Positions 13,866 through 25,900 of a stretch of DNA of 64,000 bases are shown in pieces (within the stretch, counting starts at the first letter, position 1; each line of letters starts with the position of its first letter). Made by a program: the position numbers and the translations under genes. The DNA is from Octopus vulgaris. Its lineage: Eukaryota. The notes beneath the pieces were generated by a model. It was not told the origin of the DNA and searched no databases. It saw nothing but the letters and a program-made list of their open reading frames with translations. The stretch lies in NCBI GenBank assembly GCA_951406725.2, contig OX597825.1, forward strand, positions 62,372,001-62,436,000, written 5' to 3'.

Positions 13866-14080
13866 AAGGTGGTGAACTGGCAGAATCGTTAGCACATGGG
13901 GCAAAATGCTAAGTGGCATTTTGCCTGTCCTAACGTTCCAAGTTCAAATTCTGCTGGGGTCAACTTTGCTTATCATCCTTTCGGTTCAATAATATAAGTA
14001 CCAGTTGAACACTGGGACTGATTTAATTGATTCAGCTCCTCGCCCACACCTGCTGGCCTTGTGCTAAATGTTGAAACCAA
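13866..14080 (+). mobile_element. SINE family B
   Basis: GGTGGTGAACTGGCAGAATCGTTAGCA..AGTTCAAATTC..TCATCCTTTCGG..AAGTACCAG. Confidence 0.85.
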
Positions 14081-14321
14081 CGTTTTTCTGCATTGGATTA
14101 TATTAAAATACCAGAGTGTGGGAATTCATCTGATTTCTTGTATTTTTGTGGATATGTTAGAAATTAACATAATGACCATTTAAGACAACACAAAGGTTTT
14201 CTAATAAATTAATGAATGTTCTAAAAGCTTTTCTTGCAAAATAAGAAGGAATACTTCAGCAGCAAGTTCACTGATATCTTGCCTTTAAAATCACATTGGC
14301 TTTCCTTTCATTTAGATTATA

Positions 14322-14821
14322 CTAGCAGAGACACTCGGCGTTGCTCGGGATTAAAATGGCATAGTTTGTATATAATATATAACAGTTATGTTGAAACAGG
14401 TGAGATGGGAAAGTGCAGCATTGACAACAAAACATTTGTGGAGTAAATGATGGGCTAATTCGACTAAGCAACATGCGGTGCGTTCGTTTGGAGTATTTCA
14501 GGCCCAAACCTTTGGGGGTTATGTGAATTTTGAATGCACCGAGAAGCTGTCAGTGGATATACTCTCTTTTGCAGCTGTCGGCACTGTGTCTAACATGACT
14601 CCTCATCTGAAATGTTGACACCTCCTTCGGGTTTGTTGACCTACATCACTCATAAAGTAAATTTGGAAGAACTGTGGTAACCATCGCGGGTCTCATCCTC
14701 ACCATGCATTTAGTATCCCTGCCAATTTTCAGCTCGATCCTAGCCTCGGTTTGGTCGCCATTAACCGTCAAAGCAAAATGTGCATACAGTTTTCGTCCAA
14801 GGACTGTTTTATAGATATAGA
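14322..14821 (-). mobile_element. Non-autonomous Helitron
   Basis: Minus strand 5' TCTATATCTATAAAA, 3' CCCGAGCAACGCCGAGTGTCTCTG-CTAG, inserted between A and T; same termini as 33400 and 43045. Confidence 0.75.
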
Positions 14822-15632
14822 TTGTTAAACTGGAACCTAACTTCAATAGCTCACCAAATTGCATATATCTGTTAACTGATTTCTCCCACTAATTGTACAC
14901 ATATTAATAAATGATATAGATTTATGTATTTCTCAGGAAATACAAAGATAATCACATCGTCTCAAAACAATTGAAAGTGGATATTGGTTATATGTATGTA
15001 CTTATTCACTGTAACAGCAGCATTAGTACAGATTAAGAACCACTTGAAATGTTTACAGTCTGATACACTTATTCTGTTCTCTTTACTGTTTAATGTTATT
15101 TTTATATTCTATACACAATATTGTTTAACATAAATGATTTCCTTCATGACTATCATTTTGTATTTATTACATAGGGAATTACTAAGAAGAACAAACTTCC
15201 TCTGCCCCCACCCCGGATTATGAATAACCATGGCAACTGCTAAACTGCAACACTATTGGTTATCTATAATGATAAAACTTAATAGATGACAGAAAAGAAA
15301 AGACAAATAGAATTATGAAGTCAAATCTATTTTTGGTAAGTCAGAATGAGACAATAACCAACAAGTACTAACTTATATTCATCTATCAGTAGATTATTAT
15401 AATTTTTACACAAATTATTCTTGGAACAATTTCATTGTGTTACAGTTTTCAGTAACTTAACAAGAGTTAGTGATTGGTTTGAATCAGAGCGAATATGAAC
15501 CTTCAAGTAAGCAAATCTTATGCCAAAAGAGTAATGGTTGATTACTTCACAACTTTGAAGCACCAACAGCGACTTGGTAGCACAGACAGCTGAGTGGGTT
15601 TGTAGATTAAATGTTGGCCTACAGTACACAGT

Positions 15633-15810
15633 TCATCCTCATTTAACGTCTGTTTTCCATGCTGACATGGGTTGGATGGTCTATCAGGGACTGTTAAGGC
15701 CAGGAACTGCATCAAATTCCATTTTCTATTTCAGCTTGCTGGATATCCTTCCTAATGCCAACCACTCGACAGAGTGTACTGTGTGCTTTTTATGTTGCAC
15801 CAACACCAGA
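15633..15810 (-). mobile_element. RTE LINE 3' fragment
   Basis: TTTAACGTCTGTTTTCCATGCTGACATGGGTTGGA..CCTTCCTAATGCCAACCACTC. Confidence 0.8.
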
Positions 15811-16070
15811 TCAGGCATTGAGGACTAATTGGATAAAAACCAAGATGGATAAAAATTTAGGTGGATTCCCAATGTAGGCTATGAAAGTCAAAGGAAGTAA
15901 GTGTTATTCATATTGTTAGTGAATGTAGTATGCTGACACAAAAAAGAATACAAGAAAAGACATGACAGCCTATAGAGAATAGTTTCCTGGGAGTTCTGTA
16001 GAAAGCTAAGATTTAATCATACTGATAAGTGGTGTGAAGATGAAATTAGTAAAATACTAGAATTAAGAAA

Positions 16071-16806
16071 TACGAGGTGGAATGAAAAAGTTTCCATACT
16101 AGTTCTGTAGTGCACCAACATATGGTAACACATGGTTGTGTGCACAGTGAGAGCTAGCAGTGACCTTCACGAAGCAGTGTGCCAAGTGATAATACTGTGT
16201 TTATTTTGCAAGTTGTGAAATTTGTGTTTTAGTGATCAAGTGTATGCTGCAGTCTGCGACTTTTGTTGTGCACAGGAATTTGGAAAGAAGAGCCAATGTG
16301 AAATTTTGCATTAAACTTGGGAAGTCTGTTACAGAGACATTGAGTATGTTCTGGCAAGCTTATAGCAATGAAGCAATGGGTTGTGTGCAATGTTTCGAGT
16401 GGCATGGGTGATTCAAAAGGCATGAGAGAGCTGCAGCTCACTCAAGAAAATGTTCATAGTTTTTTCCAAATCCATGGTATTGTGCATCAAGAATTCCTCA
16501 TCCAGGGCCAAACTATCAGTCAAGAGTTCTATTGTGACATTTGGAAGCATTTGAGGGAGGACACTTCAGTGAAAGGGAATGGATCCTTTGAGTGCAAGCA
16601 ATTGGATTCTTCATGACGACAATGGCACAGGAGTGGCTGTGTGGTAAGTAGCTTGCTTACCAACCACATGGTTCCAGGTTCATTCCCACTGCGCGGCACC
16701 TTGGGCAATTGTCTTCTACTATATCCTTGGGCTGACCAAAGCCTTGTGAGCGGATTTGGTAGACGGAAACTGAAAGAGACCAGTCGTATATAGGTATGTG
16801 TGTGTA

Positions 16807-16837
<31 letters not shown>

Positions 16838-17165
16838 GTATGCGTGTGTATATGTTTATGTGTCTGTGTTTGTCCCCCCAACATCACTTGACAACCGATG
16901 CTGGTGTGTTTACGTTCCCATAACTTAGCGGTTTGGCAAAAGAGACCGATAGATTAAGTAATAGGCTTACAAAGAATAAATCCTGGGGTTGATTTTCTCA
17001 ACTAAAGGCGGTGCTCCAGCATGGCCACTGTCAAATGACTGAAACGAGTAAAAGAGTAAAAGAGTATCAACAAGCTCTCCTTACTCCTCCATTTCCTGCC
17101 AAAATTCAACACAGTATCACTTCTGCACCTGCCCTATTCACCAGATTTAGCACCTGCAGGCTTCC
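16071..17165 (+). mobile_element. Decayed mariner (DD34D) transposon split by a SINE A
   Basis: TACGAGG start; RANVKFCIKLGKS..CFEWH; GIVHQEFLIQGQTI; WILHDDN; resumes after the SINE with HLPYSPDLAP. Confidence 0.85.
16624..17064 (+). mobile_element. SINE family A, full length
   Basis: Colinear match to other copies; nested in the mariner. Confidence 0.9.
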
Positions 17166-17172
17166 ATATCTG

Positions 17173-17214
17173 GTAGTAGTAGTAGTAGTAGTAGTAGTAG
17201 CAGCAGCAACAGTC

Positions 17215-17309
<95 letters not shown>

Positions 17310-17340
17310 TGTTGTAGTAGTAGTAATAGTAGTAGTAGTA
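17173..17340. repeat. (TAG)n/(CAG)n compound microsatellite
   Basis: Directly visible. Confidence 0.95.
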
Positions 17341-17660
17341 GACAAAAAAAATAGAAAGTGCCAGGTAATTCCCTTTACAGTCCCAAATGATGAGAAAACC
17401 AATATGAGAGGCATAGAGGAAACGGCAAGGTATCAGAACCCAGCCATTGAGTTGTAGAGGCGATGGGAAGTGCAGGTGGAATATATCCCTGTAGCTATAG
17501 GTGCATTGGAAACTATCCCTAAAGATTTGCACAGATGGATAGAGGAAATTGGCATAAAACCTGGTTTAATGCTGCTCCAGAAAACAGCGTTATTAGGGAC
17601 AGCTAGGATACGAAGGAAGGTTCCTGGCATCTAAGGTTACTTGTTGTAGTTTGATGTTAG
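17335..17660 (+). mobile_element. Dong/R4-clade non-LTR retrotransposon 3' end (restriction-like endonuclease C-terminus), pseudogenised
   Basis: VDKKNRKCQVI..IPVAIGALETIPKDL..LLQKTALLGTARIRRKV. Confidence 0.8.
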
Positions 17661-17699
17661 GAATATTTTTGCATAATCTAATATGTTGTGTGTAAATGA

Positions 17700-17940
17700 A
17701 ATAATAGCAATAACCACAACAACAACAACAACAAACAATAATAATAACAGCAACAACAATGATAATGATGTTGATGATAATAATAAAAATATTGATAACA
17801 GTGTTGATGATGATGATGATGATGATGATAATGATGATGATGATGATAACGATGATGATGATAACGACGATGATGATGATGATGATTAAAATATTGATAA
17901 CAGTGTTGATGACGATGATGATAATGATGATGATGATAAC

Positions 17941-17985
<45 letters not shown>

Positions 17986-17987
17986 AA
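17700..17987. repeat. (AAC/AAT/GAT)n array with a duplicated spacer
   Basis: AAAATATTGATAACAGTGTTGATGA occurs twice inside the array. Confidence 0.9.
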
Positions 17988-19164
17988 TCTCTGTTAATCT
18001 ACATCGTGTAACAGACAATAAACCTCCTGTTACAATGGCAAACATTTAACTGCTGAACAGATTTTGCTAATTATCCAAATTTATTGAAAACTATAATTTG
18101 AATATAAAAATATCTGGTTTGTAAATACAACAGAGTCAAAATAAGATTAAGATAATAAATACAATAAAATTAGCATTTATTTATTTATTTATTTTTTTTT
18201 TTTGAAATTTTCAGATTAAAAACAAATGTTGTATTGAAATTCGTATTCTGATATAATCAGTTGCTAATGGTTTTCTTTTGAAGTTAATATCATTTCATCC
18301 ATAAAATTTAAATGTTTTATCTAAATTTGATTGTAGATTAAACTATTTCCCTGACAACCTTACAACAATAATCATATTAGAAAAAGAAAAGCCATAATAA
18401 AACAAACGCACAAATGTCTTAAACCGTCAAGATATGATGACGTTAAACCTCTTAATTCCATTTCGGTTAATCATCCCTGCACTTTCGCATTACTAAAATT
18501 CTTTCTCTTTTTTCATGTATTTTTCTTCTATCAAATTCCTTTCTGTATTCACAGATACGCAGCAACATAGTTACACATTCAAATTACCATGTGACATAAT
18601 ATAAAGTAACTACTAGAAACCAGGAACTGTATGGAGCATTGAAATATCCTTCTGCTAAAATTTCTGTCACTAACTTCCTTCCATAAATTAAAGATAATGA
18701 AACCAAGTTGTTATATTGTTTTATAGTTTTTAATAAAACTAACCACAATAATAATTTACTCAGATAGTGATACAGCTTATAAAATTCTAATGAAGTAGAA
18801 AGCTGTTGAGAGAGGCTCATCATTGCAGCATTAGGGATATTTTTGTGCATGTGCCATTATAATGTCATTTCTGCCAAAAACAGAAACATCAACATTAAAC
18901 ATCCATCTGCTTTACTTAATTGATATTAAATGTCATAAAGAATTTAATTATTCAAAACAAATATTACCAACATTTTGTGATGTGACACACTTTTGGTGAA
19001 AGATTTTACTGAGAGATTTCTTACAAATGCACTTCCTTTCTGCATGTAGCCTTTTAGAACAGAGCCAACCATATTTTGAAAGACAAAAGAAAAAAAAATG
19101 GAAATTTAATACCAATTATCGTAATCAAAGACAGACTAATTAGTGCAGAGGTTTATTAGTAATT

Positions 19165-19362
19165 GGAGCAATGTAAAAAGCATTTAGTACACTCTGCTGA
19201 GTGGTTGCTGTTAGGAAGGGCAGACAGCTGTAAAATCCATGCCAAATCAGACAGTGAAGCCTGGTGCAGTCTTCTGTCTTGCCAGTTCCTATCAAACTGT
19301 CCAACCCATACCAGCATGGAAAGTGAATGCTAAAAGACAATGATGATGATGATGATGATGAT
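19165..19362 (+). mobile_element. RTE LINE 3' fragment with (GAT)n tail
   Basis: TTAGGAAGGGC..GTCCAACCCATACCAGCATGGAAA. Confidence 0.85.
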
Positions 19363-19439
19363 ATTTATGTTCACTAATAACAAGATGTCCTAATCATATT
19401 CTAGCTTTCTCAGTTACCTTTCTTTCTTAAACCATTTCC

Positions 19440-19651
19440 ACGTTAAAAGCACATCCAAGCTTGACCCGTTGCCAGGGCCACAGATTGGCTCCTGTGCCAG
19501 TGACACATGAAACGCACCATTCAAGCATGATCGTAGCCAGCATAAGGTGACACTGGCTACGATCATGCTGAATGGTGCTTTTCATGTGTCACTGGCACAG
19601 GAGCCAATCTGTGGCCCTGGCAATGGTCAAGCTTGGATGTGCTTTTAACGT
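19440..19651. repeat. ~100 bp near-perfect inverted repeat with 12 nt loop
   Basis: Arms 19440-19540 and 19553-19651; sequence derives from the RTE 3' UTR repeat unit. Confidence 0.9.
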
Positions 19652-19767
19652 TCCACTGTCAAGAGTGCCAACCTTTGTAATACCTAGGGCAAGTGTCTTC
19701 TACCACAACCCCAGCTGTCAGTTGGCTTGTGGATGAATCTGGCAGTCACAAACTTTGTAGAAGTCTG

Positions 19768-19797
<30 letters not shown>

Positions 19798-19801
<4 letters not shown>

Positions 19802-19875
19802 ATGATATGAGGGAATAATATTCCAAACTTATGGGGAAAAATTCAATTAAAAAATGCTAAATCAAATTTCACAAA

Positions 19876-19948
<73 letters not shown>

Positions 19949-20225
19949 TAGAAAAAACAACCTTCTATCAACTCAATGATGAAAAATTAAATTACACCAT
20001 TTAGAAAAATTACATATTATAGAAAGATTAAATATAAGATAAAACATATAACGATGATTAAGTAATGTGCAAAATAATAAATAAAAGGTATATATTTGGT
20101 AGAATAACAACACGTGTTTCATGGCTATATTTAAGACATGATAATAGTAAAAATAATAGTAGTATTAATAAAATCACTTCTACATAAATATAGCCACTCT
20201 TCAGGTTAAAGATAACAACAATAAT
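19798..20225 (-). mobile_element. Non-coding PLE/retrozyme-like insert inside the (TA)n of a split SINE A variant
   Basis: SINE head part at 19683-19770 and tail at ~20335-20460 flank it; carries a hammerhead motif. Confidence 0.6.
20105..20208 (-). ncRNA. Minimal type-I hammerhead ribozyme motif
   Basis: taac-CTGAAGA-gtggctatattta..taaatatagccat (13 bp stem II)-GAAA-cacgtg (palindrome)-TT-gtta. Confidence 0.8.
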
Positions 20226-20469
20226 ATGTATATATATAGAGAGATAGATATAGAGATATAGATATAGAGATATACATACACACACACATATGTATGTGCA
20301 TGTTTGTGTGTGTGTGGATGTGTGTGTACTTGCACATGCTTTGTGTTTGTCACTCCACCTCTTGGCAACTGGTGTTTGTTTGTTTATGTCCTCATAACAT
20401 CAGCAGTTCAGCAAAAGCACCATCAGAATAAGTACAAGATTTAAAGAAAAAAATAAACACTGCAATTAA

Positions 20470-20702
20470 TGTATTTCTTTACTACCCTCAAGGGGCTAAA
20501 CATAGAGGGGACAAACAAGGACAGACAAATGGATTAAGCCGATTACATCGACTCCAGTGCGAAACTGGTACTTTATTTATCGACCCCGAAAGGATGAAAG
20601 GCAAAATTGACCTCAGCGGAATTTAAACTCAGAACGTAACGACAGACGAAATACCGCAAAGCATTTCGCCTGGCGTGCTAACGTTTCTGCCAGCTCGCCA
20701 CC
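20470..20702 (-). mobile_element. SINE family B, full length
   Basis: Reverse match to the 36668-36880 unit. Confidence 0.9.
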
Positions 20703-21057
20703 TTTCAATGTGTTCAAATAAATCCTGCTACAGCATGGCCACAGTCCAATGACTGAAAGAACCAAAAGATTACAGAAGTGATCTCAGTTAACCGATTTCT
20801 TCTATTTTTCAATATTTTACAGTATCAAATATATTCTCTGTATGTAAAGAGTCAGGCTGGATATTTAATATTCATAAATTCACTGTACTCTATCCTAAGA
20901 CATTTATTATCTCTGTTTAACATATGTGATTTTTGAACATTCAGACATTTGTATGCTTTAAAGACAATTATTTTTATGGCTGACACTATTTTTACTGCAG
21001 CTAACCAATGAAAAACAAGATTCTACATTGTACGAGGTGCTAGAAATAACAGAAAAA

Positions 21058-21440
21058 TCATCATCATCATCATTGTTTAATGTCTGCTTTCCATATCGGT
21101 ATAGGCAGGACAGTTTGATTGAAAACTGGTAAGCCAGGGAACTGCACCAGGTTCCACTCTGATTTGGCAAAGTTCCTATGGCTGGATGCCTTTTCTAGTG
21201 CCAACCACTTCAAGAATGTAGTGGGTGCTTTTTACGTGCCACCAGCATGGGTGCCATTGATGTGACACTGGCATCTGTCATAATTATGATCTCACTTGGC
21301 TTGACAGGTCGACACAAGCATCGTATATCACCAAAGGTCTCAGTCACTTGTCACTACCTCCGTGAGGCACAGTGTTCTAATGATGCTTTTTACCTGCCAC
21401 TGGCATGGGTGCCAGTCAGACAGCACTGGCATTGGCAATT
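21058..21440 (-). mobile_element. RTE LINE 3' fragment
   Basis: (ATC)n then GTTTAATGTCTGCTTTCCAT..GGCTGGATGCC..GGTGCTTTTTACGTGCCA. Confidence 0.8.
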
Positions 21441-21457
21441 ACTATGATTTCACTTGT

Positions 21458-21725
21458 GGAGGCACATGGCCTAGTGGTTAGAGCAGCAGACTTGCTGTCA
21501 AGGGATCGTGAGTTCGAATCTCAGACCGGGCGATGCGTGTGTTTATGAGTGAAACACCTAAGCTCTATGCAGCTCCGGTAGAAGGTAATGACAAACTTCT
21601 GCTTACTGCAAAACACTTCATTTCCCATTGCTCCAGTCCACTGGCATCCCATCCAGGTAGGGAATTTATATGCTATGGAAACTGGGAAACTGATCCCTAC
21701 GTTTTGCCGTGACTCAAGAAGGTAA
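21458..21725 (+). mobile_element. tRNA-derived SINE, family D
   Basis: GGAGGCACATGGCCTAGTGGTTAGAGCAG A-box; GAGTTCGAATCTC B-box. Confidence 0.85.
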
Positions 21726-23372
21726 CTTCACTTGCTTTACATCATACATTAACCCCTCAGCACCTTACATAACGTTACTCTTTTACTTGTTTCAGTCATT
21801 TGACTATGGCCATGCTGGAGCACTGCCTTTATTTATTTTTCTCTCTCAGGCAGGTAACTTGACTGGTGCCAGTATCCTGAACGAAAGATGCCCAATACAT
21901 TCTGTGAGGTGGTTGGTAATAGGAACAATACCTCTGCAATAGAAGCATGCCTCTACAGAAACCCTGGATCAATAAATGTCCCTCCAAACCATTGGATATT
22001 GTCTAACTCAGAATCACCTTAGCAGCATTGTGGGGTCCCTGGGTAAATCAATACACTGGGCCCTATAGTATTTATTGACAGCAAGCTACAACATACATAA
22101 GTTTCAACTGGTCCTCAGGATCTATGAGGCTTCTGGGCAACTTCCAAGTTCTCCTGTGACTTGAAATGGTCCTGTTGTAACCATTTGAGTCATGCTAGAA
22201 TTTAGTGCACATGTTTGTATTCATCCTTTTAAATGCTAATTCAGTGAGACTTGTAGTCTTGTTAATTGAACAATTGAGCAATCATCATAGGAAATTCTGC
22301 CCAAGATCCTTTTCCACACTCACACACACCACCACCACCACCACTGCCACTGCCGCTGCTGCCACCGCCACCAGCGCCACAGCTGCTACAACACCTCCAT
22401 GCACACTCACACACATATCCACAATTCTTCTTTATTGTCTAAGCACCGAGGAAGAAGATATTAGAATAAGGTTTGAATTTTGAATTATCCTTCGAGATAT
22501 TTTCAAAATTAATTTGCTTGATAATGCTAAGTTGGCAGTCTGATTAGAACCTTTCTTTTTTAATGTTATAGAAGCTAATTTCCATATTCAAAACATGGTC
22601 GATCAAGCAGTAATAAAGGGGTATTTGACATCTCAGAACTGAAATATTTGTGAAATCATAATAAAAAATTCAACCATTACTAGTTAAATTTCCTAGAATG
22701 ATTACATAATTAGATTTCGTACTCGAGGAGAAAACACGATAGGTATTAAGAGGATTAAATTTTTTTCCCCTTAGGGAAACAGATATCTAAAGTGTTCTTT
22801 AAAAGAGAAAGCAGATTAAGACATTTAATGATGAAATAAAATAAAAGCAGTAATTTTAGAATTCATTGAACTTCCAGACAAAAGAACAATGAATGCACGA
22901 CTAAAACAAGAAATCCAAAGATATCCGAGTTTTATAAAGTAATAAGTGCCATGGAATGCTAATTAATATTACATAGATAATATTGAAAAGAAAATATTCA
23001 TTAAATGTGACAAGTCTACTTGTGTTGATAAACTTAGAAACTTTCATTAATTACTTCAGTATGAAACTTCAAACTATTTTATTATCTGTCAAGTTTGGAA
23101 GAAAAATTACTTTCTGTCAACCAAGTTTTAATAGAACATATGTATTTCTCAAATATTTTTTTAGAAATTTTTTTAAAGGAATGAAAATCAAAGTAAGTCT
23201 AATTTATATGAAAATAAATAAAGCAATAATGGGGAGATTGACTTACAAGGCAAAGAGAGAATAAATAATCTATTAACTCCTTATTTTTTTCAGTGAATAT
23301 TCTATTTCCTGTGAAATTTTTTTTCCATAAGAGCTCTTCACAAAAGATGAGCTCAACAGTAAGTTCGTAAAT

Positions 23373-24044
23373 TGATATAAGTTATTTCGTTTTGGGATTT
23401 GGTTTGCAAGATTCTTTATATGAATTTGTGTGTTGAAGCATATTCTGTTGTGTCTGGAGAGAGTCATTTTCTTTTTGTTCCTTATAATGTAACACACTCA
23501 CTGGTAAATTTTTTTTTCTGTGTGTAAGCATATAGATATGAAAATAAACAGATCAACATACAGACGGATAGGTATATAGGCTATAAGAGCAGGCACATAT
23601 GGAGACACGGATCCACACATATAAAGATGCACATACATACAAATATGGTGCATAGTTGCATAACACACACACACAGATATGCACACACAAGGAGACAGAG
23701 GTGCATATATATACAAACACATGCTCAGCATACACATACATAGAAAATACACAAACGTGGACATGCAAGCACATAAATATGCAGAATCCGTACATACAGA
23801 TGCACACACATACATATGTACATACATGAATGTATAGGCACACACACACACTGATCCACACACATGCACACAAACAAACAAAAGGGAACGCAGTGTAAAT
23901 AACGGACAGAGTCAAGACTATTGAAAAGGTTGCAAGACACAACAAAAATTTTAGGAAAATAAAAATAAGGAAAAAAATGAGTGTGTTACATTATAAGGCA
24001 CAAAAAGAAAATGACTCTCCCCAGACACAACATGATATAAGTTA
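23373..24044. mobile_element. Non-coding PLE-type insertion with 55 bp inverted ends
   Basis: Inverted arms 23446-23500 and 23978-24032; 23395-23445 is homologous (reverse) to the PLE tail 54258-54312; TGATATAAGTTA direct repeat at both ends. Confidence 0.65.
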
Positions 24045-24914
24045 GTTTAAAATGAAAAAGGGGGAAAATTTTACGTTTTGGGAATGGCACTTAATCAGAG
24101 GGCATTTCTTTGGTGAAAGATTCTGTAAGAAGCATCAGATCTATTCTGTCTTAATGCAAATATAATTTATTTGGCAAATATTCTATTCTAACTAGGTACC
24201 AATGTACATCATCAGCACTGGATTTACTATTTCAGGCTTGGTAGGCTGAAGTCTAGGGTGCCAGGTGAAGTCTATGACAGTATCATAGGTTTCGGGGAAA
24301 AGTCTCATAAAGGAAGATAGCTGATAACTGTTATGAAGACCAAATCTACTTTGCTCGGATTTGACCATTTCCATCTAACTTAACAACACAGATTTTTCAT
24401 TCAAGTGTTTTCCAAAGAAATTAATACTTTCTTGTCATTGGCAATAAGTTTCTTTTTGTCGAGGCTTTCATATCTATAATACAAATATTCTTTAAGCCTA
24501 ATATTTAGCTTTGTAGTAAAAATGCCATTATTTGGGATTACAATGTCAAGCCATCAAGCCTATTTATATATCACAAATATCTAATATAATTCTATATACA
24601 GAAACAGGTTATATATATATACCATAGCATTTAAGGTAATTGAATATAAATTGGCTTTCAGTTAACACAAAACATACACTTAAATAAACATGTCTATGAA
24701 CCATATATATCAAGTGATATAATTTCCTTCTTTTTATAGCTTGCCATTCGTGGAATTGCTTCTCTATTTTAATTATTTCATACAATGCAAGGACAGACAT
24801 GATAATTAATACTCAGTTTAACCCTATGAATTATTAAGGACAGACACAAACAAATTATTTTTACTGAAAAGCAATCATGATCCATAGCAGAAAAATGAAT
24901 TAATGCAAATTTTT

Positions 24915-25346
24915 GCGCAGATGTGGCTGTGTGGTAAGGAGCTTGCTTCCTAACCACATGGTTCTGGGTTCAGTTCCACTGTGTGGCACATTGGGCCAGT
25001 GTCTTCTAATATAGCCTCAGGCTGACCAAAGCCTTGTAAGTGAATTTGGCAGATGGAACCTGAAAGAAGCCTGTCGTATATATATATGTGCATATGTGTG
25101 TGTGTGCATGTGTGTGTGTGTGCGTGTGTGTGTGTATTTGTGTGTTTCTGTCTGTGGTTGTCCCCCTCAACATTGCTTGACAACCGATCTTGGTGTGTTT
25201 ACGTCCCTGCAATTTAGTGGTTCGGCAAAAGAGACCGATAGAATAAGTACCAGGCTAACAAAGAATAACTCTAGGGGTTGCTTCCTTTGATTAAAGGTTG
25301 GTGCTTCAGCATGGCCACAGTCAAAATGACTGAAACAAGTAAAAGA
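24915..25346 (+). mobile_element. SINE family A, full length
   Basis: Colinear match to other copies. Confidence 0.9.
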
Positions 25347-25824
25347 ACAAACAAATAAATGTGAATATTTGGACATTTTGAGCTTCTTTAATTTAAATCA
25401 ACATTATATAAAGAAAGTATTGCAAAACATGTAAATAGAAACTCGAAATATAATTTATTATCGCATCAAGCCTATGTAAAAACACAGGAATAGTAATAAA
25501 AAGTGTCTGCTTGATATATGGAGAAACAAAAGCTGTTTTCATTCAGTGTGAATGTGTTTGAAAGAGTTAATTTTGCAGTAAAACAAAGGCTACTATTTCA
25601 TTTATCACAGATAACACTTGGACTCACAACCTGGACTCTTACTGCTGCCTTTCCTGCTGCTTTCCATGCACAGGGGCCAATGATCAACAGCATCCATACA
25701 GTCTGACCTGTTTGGTATTGGAGCTGTTGGTTCTCTGAATTTTAGGCCAGTAATTGGCTTTCCCCTGTGCTTAGTGATGGGTGTTCCCTTTTGGTTGACT
25801 TAGATTTTATCTGATCTTATGAGC

Positions 25825-25900
25825 GACTTCAGAAATACACATGTAGCAGCTCGGATTCCAGATCAGAAGTTTGCATGTTTGAATCACGTCAGGGCCACCA
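25825..25900 (+). pseudogene. tRNA-Trp(CCA) processed pseudogene with 3' CCA
   Basis: GTAGC..GATTCCAGATCAGAAGTTTGCATGTTTGAATCACGTCAGGGCCA-CCA resembles eukaryotic tRNA-Trp; anticodon at 25858-25860; D arm degenerate. Confidence 0.7.

Noticed and set aside
18584-18850. EILAEGYFNAPYSSW resembling the LINE APE motif GDFNAxHxxW
   Set aside because: A single degenerate motif without other endonuclease motifs.
21458-21530. SINE heads as functional tRNA genes
   Set aside because: A and B boxes are present but they run into SINE bodies and lack a complete cloverleaf.
18443-22760. Possible piggyBac-like TIR pair (TTAA-CCTCTTAAT..) enclosing ~4.3 kb
   Set aside because: Only ~20 bp imperfect match and no transposase trace; not distinguishable from chance or two unrelated MITE ends.
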